DNA from: Bdellovibrionota bacterium
GTDB lineage: Bacteria > Bdellovibrionota_C > UBA2361 > OMIW01
Reading direction: 5' to 3'
Length of the DNA stretch: 10,079 nt
NCBI GenBank assembly: GCA_044345055.1
Contig: JBIJBT010000089.1
Location: 1-10,079 of the forward strand
Shown: positions 1 through 8,743 of the stretch, in pieces
Layout: each line of letters starts with the position of its first letter
Position numbering within the stretch: the first letter of the stretch is position 1
The notes under the pieces: generated by a model
What the model was told of the DNA's origin: nothing
The model's input: only the letters and a program-made list of their open reading frames with translations
Databases searched by the model: none
Translations under genes and position numbers: made by a program

Positions 1-163
1 CGAGCAGCTCGCTCAAAAATCCCTCGAGCACGCAGAAGTTCGCCTTATTCCGGAGAATCTTCTTCATCGCCCAGTCAAGAGAAACAAGCTGTCGGCCCAT
101 GGCAGTGCGGTCGTTCTGGTTTACGGGTTTGGTTGAATTGGTGTGGTGATTCTTTCGCTTCAT
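1..163 (-). CDS. Rpn-family / PD-(D/E)XK nuclease-family (PDDEXK_2-type) putative transposase, N-terminal 54 codons only, runs off the left edge
   Basis: Manual translation from ATG at 163: MKRKNHHTNSTKPVNQNDRTAMGRQLVSLDWAMKKILRNKANFCVLEGFLSELL. DWAMKKILRNKANFxVLEGFLSELL is the N-terminal signature I recognise for this family. An AGGAG Shine-Dalgarno lies just upstream of the ATG. An alternative ATG is at 100. Confidence 0.85.
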   Translation of the reverse strand, partial: MKRKNHHTNSTKPVNQNDRTAMGRQLVSLDWAMKKILRNKANFCVLEGFLSELL

Positions 164-545
164 TGTACTCCTACTGAACGATTTCGTCACCGGTGGGGTT
201 AGCAGATTACGGTGACTCTTTCTTATCGTTCGGAGGAGCAGGATGTTGCGTGAAATCTTTGGTTGGCGGCGGGAAATTTGGCGAAAAGTGTGGTAAGGCC
301 AGATTCACGTCTCTGATGTAAAGAGCTTGAGTAGGATAGTTTATAACCCATTCTCGCCGATCGTCAGCGGAACCGACTTAGACCTCTACACCTCTAAGTT
401 GGATGCTTGCGTCAGCGAAGTTTCCGTGAATACTCCAAATTACTAGTTCTCTATAGAATTTAGTATCGGAGACCTCTCGGAAAAATGGGCTTTTTTCAAG
501 CTTTCGGAGGAAGAATCGTTATTTCCCGCTCCAGCCGTCGACATC

Positions 546-995
546 CTATAATTTCGGCAGCTTTATGGTTTCGGTAGAAAAATAAGACAGGTCCAGTTCT
601 ACCTCCTTATTTAGGAATGCGCTCATTAAGTACTCTTTAATCGGAAGCGGCGATGGACCGACCATCGGATCGTAGACTAGACCGTCGGACAGGCAAATCA
701 CGTGTGCACCAAACTCAACCGCCCCATCGTATCGTCGCGGCTGGAGAGGTTCTCTTTGAGAGCACCCTCTTTCATCAACCACTTTACCTTTTATCACTCT
801 TATAGTCGGCGAATCGCCTGCCTGTAACAACATCCCTGAAATATCCAACGCGATAGCAGTACAGCTTTGAGCGAACCGGACATCTTGGGCGCGATAGTTA
901 TTTTTGAGCTCCCCGTAAGTGCGTTGCAGGTAAACTTCAAGCGTCTCTTGAGCTTCTACGATATAGCTTGATTTATTCTGCTTATGATCCAACAT
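546..995 (-). CDS. Hypothetical protein with a probable papain/transglutaminase-like fold (Cys45-His98-Asp109)
   Basis: 149-aa ORF with ATG start and upstream GAGG. Motifs QSCTAIA ... GAHVICLSDGLVYDP fit the Cys-helix / His-strand / hYD pattern of papain-like enzymes. The CDS is likely real; the fold call is inference. Confidence 0.7.
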   Translation of the reverse strand: MLDHKQNKSSYIVEAQETLEVYLQRTYGELKNNYRAQDVRFAQSCTAIALDISGMLLQAGDSPTIRVIKGKVVDERGCSQREPLQPRRYDGAVEFGAHVICLSDGLVYDPMVGPSPLPIKEYLMSAFLNKEVELDLSYFSTETIKLPKL

Positions 996-1412
996 AATTC
1001 AGGTCCTCGTAGCGTTTGCGTAAATTAATGATTTAATCAAATGTTGATCTATTCAACGATAAATATCTAGATTGGATTATTACTAGATCAATAACCTCCT
1101 GCGATCAGATCAGGCGAAATAACCCGCCCTCTACAAAGGGCTCCACTACCCCCGATTCATCTTTCAAACCAAGCTAACGCGCACCACTCCCCTTACGACA
1201 TCGAACGGCTTATGAAGCGGGGTAGGAATCACGAAAGCTGCACTTTTCTTACCATCAAAAGAACTCGACAGGAAAGGGAATACACGCCTTCTGAGCGAGC
1301 CGATGGGGACGGAACTTATTTCCTGCTATTACTTAAGACCTCTTTGCCTCTGAGCTAAAGAGTCTGCCAACCAAGTTTATTCTAAAAAAGTGCCGAAAAT
1401 ATCCATTCCTTC

Positions 1413-1441
1413 TTGCTAAGCGACCCAACCGAAAGTACTTT
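1413..1441 (+). promoter_or_regulatory. Candidate sigma70 promoter of the ABC operon
   Basis: TTGCTA (1413-1418), 17-nt spacer, TACTTT (1436-1441), ending 28 nt before the ATG at 1470. Confidence 0.35.
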
Positions 1442-1469
1442 ACCTAATTAAACTTCAATTACATCCAGT

Positions 1470-2492
1470 ATGTCAGCTATCACCGTCTCAAACCTTACTA
1501 AACATTTCCGCCGCGCCTCCCACCCTCGCCATGGCATCTTGGGAGCTGTCTCACAGTTTCTCTCCCCCTCCTATGAACTTGCCCATGCTATACGGGGGCT
1601 TTCATTCTCGATTGAGCGGGGTGAGCGGGTAGCTTTTTTGGGGCCTAACGGTGCAGGTAAATCGACTACTATAAAGATTCTAGCGGGTATTCTGCGTCAG
1701 TCGGCGGGAGAGGTCTCGGTTTTAGGACAGCGGCCGATCGAAGATCGTGGGAAGCTTAGCTACCGCGTTGGGAGTGTTTTTGGAAATCGGACGCAGCTTT
1801 GGTACCACTTACCCGCTATCGACACCTTCCGGCTCTTTGCGAAGGTTTACGCGATGGAGAGGCAAGTTTACGAGGAGCGGCTGCGCGCACTGATTCGGGC
1901 TTTCCATATTGAATCGCTTATGGATCGCCCAGTTCGGACACTGTCTCTTGGGGAGCGAATGCGGTGCGAGATCGTTGCGAGCATCCTGCACAAGCCAGAG
2001 GTGCTTTTTCTTGATGAGCCGACGATCGGACTCGATGTGACAGCGAAGGGGATTATCCGCGAGATGCTTATCGAGCTGTCAGAACGAGAAAATATAACTC
2101 TACTTTTTACGACGCACGACATGGGAGATATTGAGCGGGTGTGCCCGCGTGCGATCGTAATTAACGAGGGCGCTGCTATCTTTGATGGAACGGTGACCGA
2201 GCTTAAAGGGAGATATGGGCGAGAGCGGATTGTACGGGTTCACACCTCAACCGAATCGTTTGGGATCTCAATGCCAGGAGTTACGCCGACTGAAACAGCT
2301 CCTTATTCAGTTACCCTCTTAGTAGATGGCGAGATTATGCCGGTACCACGTGTGCTTGCAGAGATTGCAGCACGACCAGAGGTTATCGATATCGCAAGCT
2401 CTGAGGCGCCGCTCGAGGAGGTGATCCGATTAATGTACGGAGAGGTCGGCAAAAATGCGGGGCAAGAAACGTCTGAAGCTACCACCATTTAA
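1470..2492 (+). CDS. ABC-2 type exporter ATP-binding subunit (COG4586-like)
   Basis: Walker A GPNGAGKST, family-typical signature LSLGERMR, Walker B/D-loop LFLDEPTIGLD, H-loop TTHD, and a C-terminal extension ending in LEEVI. Confidence 0.96.
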   Translation: MSAITVSNLTKHFRRASHPRHGILGAVSQFLSPSYELAHAIRGLSFSIERGERVAFLGPNGAGKSTTIKILAGILRQSAGEVSVLGQRPIEDRGKLSYRVGSVFGNRTQLWYHLPAIDTFRLFAKVYAMERQVYEERLRALIRAFHIESLMDRPVRTLSLGERMRCEIVASILHKPEVLFLDEPTIGLDVTAKGIIREMLIELSERENITLLFTTHDMGDIERVCPRAIVINEGAAIFDGTVTELKGRYGRERIVRVHTSTESFGISMPGVTPTETAPYSVTLLVDGEIMPVPRVLAEIAARPEVIDIASSEAPLEEVIRLMYGEVGKNAGQETSEATTI

Positions 2493-2525
2493 AACCAACA
2501 ATTAACACCGTTAATCAGATTCAGC

Positions 2526-3308
2526 ATGAGAGCTTCAGTATATCTTTCACTTTTTCTACTTGGGTTTCGCACCGAGATTCGGCTCTTTGTGTCAATCGTG
2601 ATGCGGAGCAGCTTTTTATTACTCCTTCTCTTTGTGTTTTCCCGCCTTTGGCAAATTGTATCGCCAGGAGGTTTATCAATGCCACAGCTGCTCTGGTACC
2701 TGCTGATGACTGAACTAGTCGTTATGGCAACGCCACGGGTATATCGTGATATTGAACGCGATCTTAACGATGGGACCTTTGCTGTTTTGATGCAGAAGCC
2801 CCTTAATTACGGCGCGATGCGGGTTGCAGAATCGCTAGGGTTTCTTTTTGGGCGCTTCCCCGCCTTTGCTGCGATCGGCGGAATAGGAACCCTCATCTTT
2901 GCTGGAGAGGTAACGGCTGGGCTCCGCTCGCCGCTTGCCATGGGAATAGGATGTCTTCTCGTTTTGCTCTCTGCATCGGTGATGACGATCACTTATACCG
3001 TTATTGGGTTGTGTAGTGTGTTCCTCCGAGATACGAGAGCTCTCTCGATGGTTTGGGACAAAGGTGTTTGGTTGTTCGGCGGAATGATGGTGCCTCTTGT
3101 CTTATATCCACCGTGGCTACAAGAGATCGCTTCGTGGACACCCTTTTACCACATTCTTTTCGGGGTCGCGCGAATTGCGCTCGATGGTGTGACGCTAGCG
3201 TGTATTCATTCAGCGCTCACTCTCTCTGAGTGGAGCGTTGTAGGGGTTGTTCTTATCGAGCTGCTACAGCGAAAAATTAAAAGCGACATTATCGGAGAAG
3301 GCGGATGA
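2526..3308 (+). CDS. ABC-2 family permease (ABC2_membrane_6/DUF990, COG4587-like)
   Basis: 260 aa with about six hydrophobic segments. Motifs DIERDLNDGTFAVLMQKPL and FGGMMVPLVLYPPWLQEIASWTPF are typical of the family. Follows the ATPase. Confidence 0.92.
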   Translation: MRASVYLSLFLLGFRTEIRLFVSIVMRSSFLLLLLFVFSRLWQIVSPGGLSMPQLLWYLLMTELVVMATPRVYRDIERDLNDGTFAVLMQKPLNYGAMRVAESLGFLFGRFPAFAAIGGIGTLIFAGEVTAGLRSPLAMGIGCLLVLLSASVMTITYTVIGLCSVFLRDTRALSMVWDKGVWLFGGMMVPLVLYPPWLQEIASWTPFYHILFGVARIALDGVTLACIHSALTLSEWSVVGVVLIELLQRKIKSDIIGEGG

Positions 3309-4093
3309 AAAACATCGTCGCATGGTACGCCACACTCCTAATGACCAGCTTTCGCTCAGCTGCATCGCGCAGGCTCGCTTTTTTGTTCTCCGTTTTAATG
3401 ATGGTGATAAATAACCTACTTTATTTTGTAACGTGGTGGATCATTTATCAAAAGGTGCCATCGATCGGCGGGTGGGAGTTTCGGGATATGCAGCTCCTTT
3501 TTGGGATTTCGGCCTGCAGCTTTGGCTTGTGTGCTCTCTTTTTTAATGGCTCAAGAACACTATCTGAAGAGATCCTTCAGGGGGGCCTTGATACGTTTCT
3601 GATGGCTCCGAGGAATGTGATGTTTTCTGCTTCATCCTCGAGGTGCGATATCACCGGTCTTGGGGATATTATATCGGGCATTATTCTCTTTTCGTTCGCC
3701 ATTAATTCGCCCACCGATATCGTCCTATGCACCCTCTTTTCGATCACAGGGGCAATAATAATGTTTTCTTCAGGCGTACTATTTCATTCGATAGCGTTCT
3801 GGATAGGTGGATTGCGGGAAGTAAGCGATCTCGCCTCCGAAATATTACTCATCCTTCAGTCACAACCAGGCTCGCTCTTTACGGGGATGGTTCGTTTCAT
3901 CATGTTCACCATAATTCCTGCTGGATTTGTGGCGACCCTTCCTGTTCAGGTAATAAGAACCCTCGATCCAGTAGGAGCTCTTCTTGTAGTAGTAGCAGCT
4001 ATCGGCTACCTAGTCATTGCCTCCCGGATCTTCTCCCGTGGTCTTCTTCGGTATGAATCGGGCAGTCGGATTGAGTTAGGGGCGCATCGCTAG
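3305..4093 (+). CDS. ABC-2 family permease (ABC2_membrane_6/DUF990, COG3694-like)
   Basis: 262 aa, polytopic. Motifs IGGW, ILQGGLDTFLMAPRN, FTIIPAGFVATLP and GLLRYESG. ATGA overlap with the upstream gene suggests translational coupling. Confidence 0.93.
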   Translation: MKNIVAWYATLLMTSFRSAASRRLAFLFSVLMMVINNLLYFVTWWIIYQKVPSIGGWEFRDMQLLFGISACSFGLCALFFNGSRTLSEEILQGGLDTFLMAPRNVMFSASSSRCDITGLGDIISGIILFSFAINSPTDIVLCTLFSITGAIIMFSSGVLFHSIAFWIGGLREVSDLASEILLILQSQPGSLFTGMVRFIMFTIIPAGFVATLPVQVIRTLDPVGALLVVVAAIGYLVIASRIFSRGLLRYESGSRIELGAHR

Positions 4094-4310
4094 CAGATTT
4101 GGGCCGATTTTTGAGGATTCAAAAGAAAAAATGATTCAGATAACTGTTCAACGAGCAGACCAGAAAAAACAGTCATAAAACTGCTGACGGAGGAACCAAA
4201 AAAAGGCGTGCCCCACTTAAGACCTAAAACCCCACACTCATTCCAACAATTTAACGCATGGAGCAATCAGCCGCGAGATCGATAATCTAGCAGCATCTCT
4301 ATCCCACCTC

Positions 4311-6398
4311 CTACTCCCCTGCAAAAGGATCGGCATCGGGTAGATTTTGGATTAGTCTTCGTTTTTTTTCTTCTAATGACTCTGGTTGCTTGCTCGTCGA
4401 GTCTCCTTGGGAAGTTGATTTTTTTAGTGCCTGTTCACCCGAAGTTCCCTTCTTGCTACCCGCTACAGCTGTCGGTGTTCGCATGGATGAGGCTTCTTTT
4501 GAGATATCGATCATCCGCTTCAGCCGCTCTCCCCGCTCGCGATCATCATCCTCAAGATAGTCTAGCTTTTCCTCTACATCCCGGACTGCATGTTGAATCG
4601 CCTCAATAACATCTAACACCATCGAGCGCAGCATCGTGTCCTTTATACGAGAAACGCTATCCTCTCTCACTTCACGTAATGCATCTGGCTCATCGCGACG
4701 ACGGGGAGGTCGGATACTCGCATTTGTTTCTGAAACATCGCTCGGATCAGCGCTTGGATCCTGCTCTACGCCAGAGGCTTCTGGACCAACCGGATCAATC
4801 AAGTTTTCTCTATCCGCATCGAGCTCCCGATCCTCGTTCTCTTTAACTGAATACCGGTCTGCAGCTCGATCATCCTTAGCCGGTATTTTCGCTACTTCCT
4901 TACGAATACCACCCTTCGTAGATGTCGTTGAAATCATTCTTGTGATTACAAATCCTCCCACAAGGGCAAGGCCAAGCCCTATTCCCAGAATATCCTGAGT
5001 TCGTATAGCCACACGCGAGGCTGGGGCAGAAGCGAGCAGCTGAGGTTTCGGAGTTGAGATTGATGTCGCCTTACTTGCAGACGGCTTACTCCCTGGGGTT
5101 GCCTGCGGAGTGAGCTCAATAGCGACTGGTCCACCCGATCCCGCAGCACTGGAACTTTCCGCTGCATCCTCGCCGCGGTTCGAGCCGAGCTTCGCGCGGA
5201 GGAGGCCTCCTGCGGCGGCACCAGATCCCACCTCTTTCTCTTGTTTTCGCTCCTCTATTCGCTGAGTAAGAGGAGGCAGCCGTCTCGACAATGGGGCGCT
5301 TCCCAGCGCTGCTGACGGCGGCAATCTCTGAGCTCCTCGCCCACCCGAAGAGGAGGCCGCCGGCGCTGGTGGTTTTAAACGCTTCCTCCCAGCTTTCGCC
5401 GTCCGAACCGAGACCACTTCTCCCTCGTCATCTCGCTCCCGTAGATCGAGAAGCTCGCGACCAGGAACTGCAACTCTTACCGGCCGCGAAACTCTGTCGG
5501 CCCCTCGTTCCGCCCGGATTCGGCCCTTAAGAGGGGCCGATCGCCGAGCCGTGCGCGCTGACGGAGCTTCCTCGGTAAGTGAAGAGCCATTTGGCGCAAC
5601 GGCAACCTGCCCACCGGATCGAATTTCCCGCTTGCCGACCTGCATCAACACAGCGGTAATGTTATCGTGACCTCCCCGCTCATTGGCCAAATTAATCAAA
5701 AGGTGCGCAGCATCCTTGATTGGGTGCGCCATAACGAGTGCAGCCATCTCTTCGTTACTAACCAGGTCGTGAAGACCATCAGTGCAAAGCAGAAAAATAT
5801 CACCTGCCTGCACAACAGCTGGGTGACTAATCACTTCAACATCTAGCGTTGGCTTTACCCCAAGAGAACGGGTAAGCAAATGAGATTTTGGTCTGAGATC
5901 AAGATCGGGCGATGGTTCAATCCCCTCCCGCCGCAGCTCTTCAACAACTGTATGATCATCAGTTAACTGAGCAATTTTACCGTGCGAAATCTTATAGATT
6001 CGAGAGTTTCCGACGTGTGCGGTAAAAATATGATTATTGGCAATTACAAGACCCGTAAGGGTGGTTCCCATCCCGTGAAGGGTTTTACTAGCTGAAGCTT
6101 TTTCAAAAACATCCTTATTCGCCCGAACTACCGCATCACCGAGAATCGAGGGATTATCAAATGTTGAAAATTCTTTGAGGGCGATACGCACCGATGAGAG
6201 AGCAAGATTCGACGCAACAGCACCACGCTTTGGGCCACCCAAACCATCTGCAACGAGAAAAACCTGATAGCCCGCCTTCTCAAGAATAGAGAAAGCATCC
6301 TCATTAACCTCTCTCTTGATACCTTTGTTGCTAACACCAGCCGAGGTGATAGTTAGTTCGCTCGTATCAGACGTTGCGGCAGTTCCGTCGGGTAGCAT
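4311..6398 (-). CDS. PP2C/PPM-family Ser/Thr phosphatase (Stp1/PrpC type) with a long low-complexity linker, one TM helix and a C-terminal charged, probably coiled-coil region
   Basis: Motifs GIKREVNEDA, VADGLGG, GTT, HVGNSR, LTRSLG, LLCTDGL, GGHDNIT. TM segment ILGIGLGLALVGGFVI. The ORF-track start at 6455 is a TTG; the ATG at 6398 (MLPDGT...) is preferred but not proven. Confidence 0.93.
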   Translation of the reverse strand: MLPDGTAATSDTSELTITSAGVSNKGIKREVNEDAFSILEKAGYQVFLVADGLGGPKRGAVASNLALSSVRIALKEFSTFDNPSILGDAVVRANKDVFEKASASKTLHGMGTTLTGLVIANNHIFTAHVGNSRIYKISHGKIAQLTDDHTVVEELRREGIEPSPDLDLRPKSHLLTRSLGVKPTLDVEVISHPAVVQAGDIFLLCTDGLHDLVSNEEMAALVMAHPIKDAAHLLINLANERGGHDNITAVLMQVGKREIRSGGQVAVAPNGSSLTEEAPSARTARRSAPLKGRIRAERGADRVSRPVRVAVPGRELLDLRERDDEGEVVSVRTAKAGRKRLKPPAPAASSSGGRGAQRLPPSAALGSAPLSRRLPPLTQRIEERKQEKEVGSGAAAGGLLRAKLGSNRGEDAAESSSAAGSGGPVAIELTPQATPGSKPSASKATSISTPKPQLLASAPASRVAIRTQDILGIGLGLALVGGFVITRMISTTSTKGGIRKEVAKIPAKDDRAADRYSVKENEDRELDADRENLIDPVGPEASGVEQDPSADPSDVSETNASIRPPRRRDEPDALREVREDSVSRIKDTMLRSMVLDVIEAIQHAVRDVEEKLDYLEDDDRERGERLKRMIDISKEASSMRTPTAVAGSKKGTSGEQALKKSTSQGDSTSKQPESLEEKKRRLIQNLPDADPFAGE

Positions 6399-6446
6399 GG
6401 CGGCTTGAGGAAAAAGGTGGTTGACCGAGAACGACAAAAAGAATCC

Positions 6447-6475
6447 GTGAGGCAACCGGCGGTCTCATGCCTCAC
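6447..6475 (-). terminator. Stem-loop just downstream of the SPOR gene (weak terminator or mRNA stability hairpin)
   Basis: 8-bp stem GTGAGGCA/TGCCTCAC, followed on the - strand by GGATTCTTTTT. The U-tract is not directly adjacent to the stem. Confidence 0.3.
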
Positions 6476-6484
6476 AAGCGCGCG

Positions 6485-7339
6485 CTATTTTGACCTTCTC
6501 AAAAATGGATCCCCTTTCAGCAACCGCTCACGTTTCACCTGCTCAACCATGCGGAGCGCAGGCTCACGTTCTGACTCTGGACCCACCAAGATTCGATAAT
6601 ACTGTTTTTTCCCCATTTTAACATCCTCTATCACTACCGGAAAGCCAGAACTCACTAGCTTCTCCGCCGCCGAATTAGCCTCGCCTTCAGTGGTGACCGC
6701 TGCAGCCTGAACATACCACCCCCGAGGTACTGTGCCCTCTTTGAGGAATTTCGACCCCGGCTTGGTATCACCCTCCCCTTCTCGCACTTCAGCTATCGCA
6801 GTTGGAGTGAGCTTTAAGCTTGTCGCGCGATCATTTAACACCTTTTCCAGTGGATCAATCGGCTGAGCCGAAGCAGGCTCCCCTTTTTCTTTCACTCGAG
6901 CTTCGCCCTTTTTAGCAACCACCTTTTCCGCCGACTGCGCAGCTTCCGGCAGCTCAAGATTAAGCTTTGGTATCGGCTGCAAACCATCCTCGTCCTTTTT
7001 CAACGGGACACTCGGCTGTGGTGACGGTGGCTTGACCGAATCTAGACTCCTTGAAGCCTCAGATACGCTCTTAACCTCCTCAGCAGGAAGCTCTAGAGGC
7101 GGGGCTATCGGCAATTTTGGAAGAGTTGCCGCAGTACCCGAAAGCGCCGCCTCGACACCAATAGCCTTCCCCGACACGAATCCAAGGTAGTACGACGAAA
7201 CGATTATCACCCCCACCAAACAGGAAACGACGAAAAAGCTGGCTCGCGACAAACGCAGCTCCCACGACAAATGTTGTGAAGCTTTTGAGCCAGAGGCTGC
7301 TCCTGCTGACTGAACTCGTTGACCAGGAATCGCTATCAT
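6485..7339 (-). CDS. SPOR-domain cell-division protein (FtsN/DedD-like architecture)
   Basis: N-terminal TM ending YYLGFVSGK, a Pro/Lys/Glu-rich linker, and a C-terminal SPOR domain (GWYVQAAAV...AEKLVSSGF...YYRILVGP). Confidence 0.92.
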   Translation of the reverse strand: MIAIPGQRVQSAGAASGSKASQHLSWELRLSRASFFVVSCLVGVIIVSSYYLGFVSGKAIGVEAALSGTAATLPKLPIAPPLELPAEEVKSVSEASRSLDSVKPPSPQPSVPLKKDEDGLQPIPKLNLELPEAAQSAEKVVAKKGEARVKEKGEPASAQPIDPLEKVLNDRATSLKLTPTAIAEVREGEGDTKPGSKFLKEGTVPRGWYVQAAAVTTEGEANSAAEKLVSSGFPVVIEDVKMGKKQYYRILVGPESEREPALRMVEQVKRERLLKGDPFLRRSK

Positions 7340-7435
7340 ATAAACAAAAAGTAACTATCGTAATTGTCAAAAATTGAGATAAAACCCCACAGCCCTCATA
7401 GAGCTTGGAAGACTTAAGTCCGACGGCCTAACTCA

Positions 7436-8641
7436 TTATCCAAAAATCTGATTAAGACCAGAACATACCGACATCACGAGCCCCCTGATAGCCGCCTCTT
7501 CAGCAACAAATTGGTTTCCCCTCGGCGGGAATGAAGCAATCCGATGTGCATCTCGGGCTACATCCCGAAGTGCCTCAACAAAGAGAGGAACCGCGCCAAA
7601 CAGAACCGCATCTCGGCGAAAAGCAGCTGATAGAAGTGCCGCTCGACTTTTCTGGTTAATTACGGGGTACCACTCCGAATCTTTCACCTGCTGACCCGAT
7701 CGACCGAGCCGCTCAACCGCGGCCCGAATACTCCAGGGAAGCGAATCGAATTCGGCGAACCATCCCACATACTGATCGAGCTCTCGCGCGGATTGTCCCC
7801 CAGAAAGATGAAGCGCAAGCCCCCACAGCCGTTCATTGACTCTCGCCTCCTCTTGGTCTTTCCCAAGAATGCCCAGATCAAAATCGTGATGCGGCGGGTC
7901 TATAAACCACCCTCCGCTCGGACAGCAAAGATTAAAGCCACCCGAGTCTATCCCCGAGCTACGATACCACCGGCGAAAGACCGTATGAGAGAGAGTTGCT
8001 GGCAAGCACCAGAGCGATACCTCCTCTTTTAATTCCCGGGCTTCACGACAGACGCGCTCCACCAAAGAGCGGACGCTAGCAACAGAACGAGCTCGCCCTT
8101 GCCAAGGCCAAGCGAGTATTTCTCGCAGCTGCTCAGCCGTGCAGGATTGGTCACATACGAGACGACCTTCATCGCCAAGCCAAACCTCGCTCGCCTCTCC
8201 TGATACAGCCGAAAGGTGTGCCTGCACCGCAGCAGCAGCTGCCGTGCGCATCGCCAGCCAACGGCTTGTCCCCTCCATCGGCGGCGCGACTACTACTATT
8301 CTGCGCTTCCGACTCAGCATCACCCGGGAGGGCGCGGGCAGCTCACGACACGATACTGTTACATACCCCTCGCTCGCTCGAATATTCATCCCCTCCGCGA
8401 CCAAACCGGAAGCGCCGACAACCGCCGCCACTAGCTCGTCAGCAAGAGGGCGCGGATCGCACCGCACCACCTTTGCTACATCAAGACACCAATCAGACCA
8501 CCACTCTCCCCGCTCAACCACAGGTTGCGGCCGAAAATCGCACGAAGGCAACGGCAACGACTCCCCAAACCGCTCCCCAACGACCCCCTCCAAGAAGCGC
8601 GCCACCCCCGATAGACCTCGAAAAGCGCCCGATTCATCCAT
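7436..8641 (-). CDS. Highly divergent arginyl-tRNA synthetase-like protein lacking a recognisable HIGH motif
   Basis: 401 aa. The N-terminus GEWWSDWCLDVAKVVRCDPRPLADELV...EGYVTV aligns by eye with the ArgRS N-terminal domain (GDYxxNxAxxLAKxxxxxPRxIAxxI...PGFINF). The C-terminus resembles the DALR anticodon-binding helices. It lies directly upstream of a SPOR gene, as argS often does. Confidence 0.65.
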   Translation of the reverse strand: MDESGAFRGLSGVARFLEGVVGERFGESLPLPSCDFRPQPVVERGEWWSDWCLDVAKVVRCDPRPLADELVAAVVGASGLVAEGMNIRASEGYVTVSCRELPAPSRVMLSRKRRIVVVAPPMEGTSRWLAMRTAAAAAVQAHLSAVSGEASEVWLGDEGRLVCDQSCTAEQLREILAWPWQGRARSVASVRSLVERVCREARELKEEVSLWCLPATLSHTVFRRWYRSSGIDSGGFNLCCPSGGWFIDPPHHDFDLGILGKDQEEARVNERLWGLALHLSGGQSARELDQYVGWFAEFDSLPWSIRAAVERLGRSGQQVKDSEWYPVINQKSRAALLSAAFRRDAVLFGAVPLFVEALRDVARDAHRIASFPPRGNQFVAEEAAIRGLVMSVCSGLNQIFG

Positions 8642-8743
8642 CTCAAATACCGCCGCAAAGTTTCACAAAAAATCGAGGGGAGGTTACCACAAGTTTTGGC
8701 AGGTGAAAAAGGTGACGGGCTTTCAAGATATTGAAGTTGCCCA

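Noticed and set aside
1020..1095. Short TTGAT/ATCAA-like and CTAGAT motifs in the AT-rich divergent intergenic region
   Set aside because: The spacing does not fit FNR/CRP boxes, and the matches are too short to be significant in AT-rich DNA.
6399..6455. N-terminal extension of PP2C from the TTG at 6455
   Set aside because: The TTG lies inside a hairpin with no convincing SD, and the ATG at 6398 is closer to the domain start.
7340..7370. TTGACA (- strand, 7370-7365) upstream of the SPOR gene
   Set aside because: No acceptable -10 at 16-18 nt spacing. An internal promoter is possible in this AT-rich gap but cannot be specified.
1809..8658. Other short nested ORFs in the track (e.g. 1868-2122, 3727-4056, 4636-4998, 7080-7370, 7793-8032)
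   Set aside because: They overlap well-supported genes in alternative frames and have no recognisable motifs.
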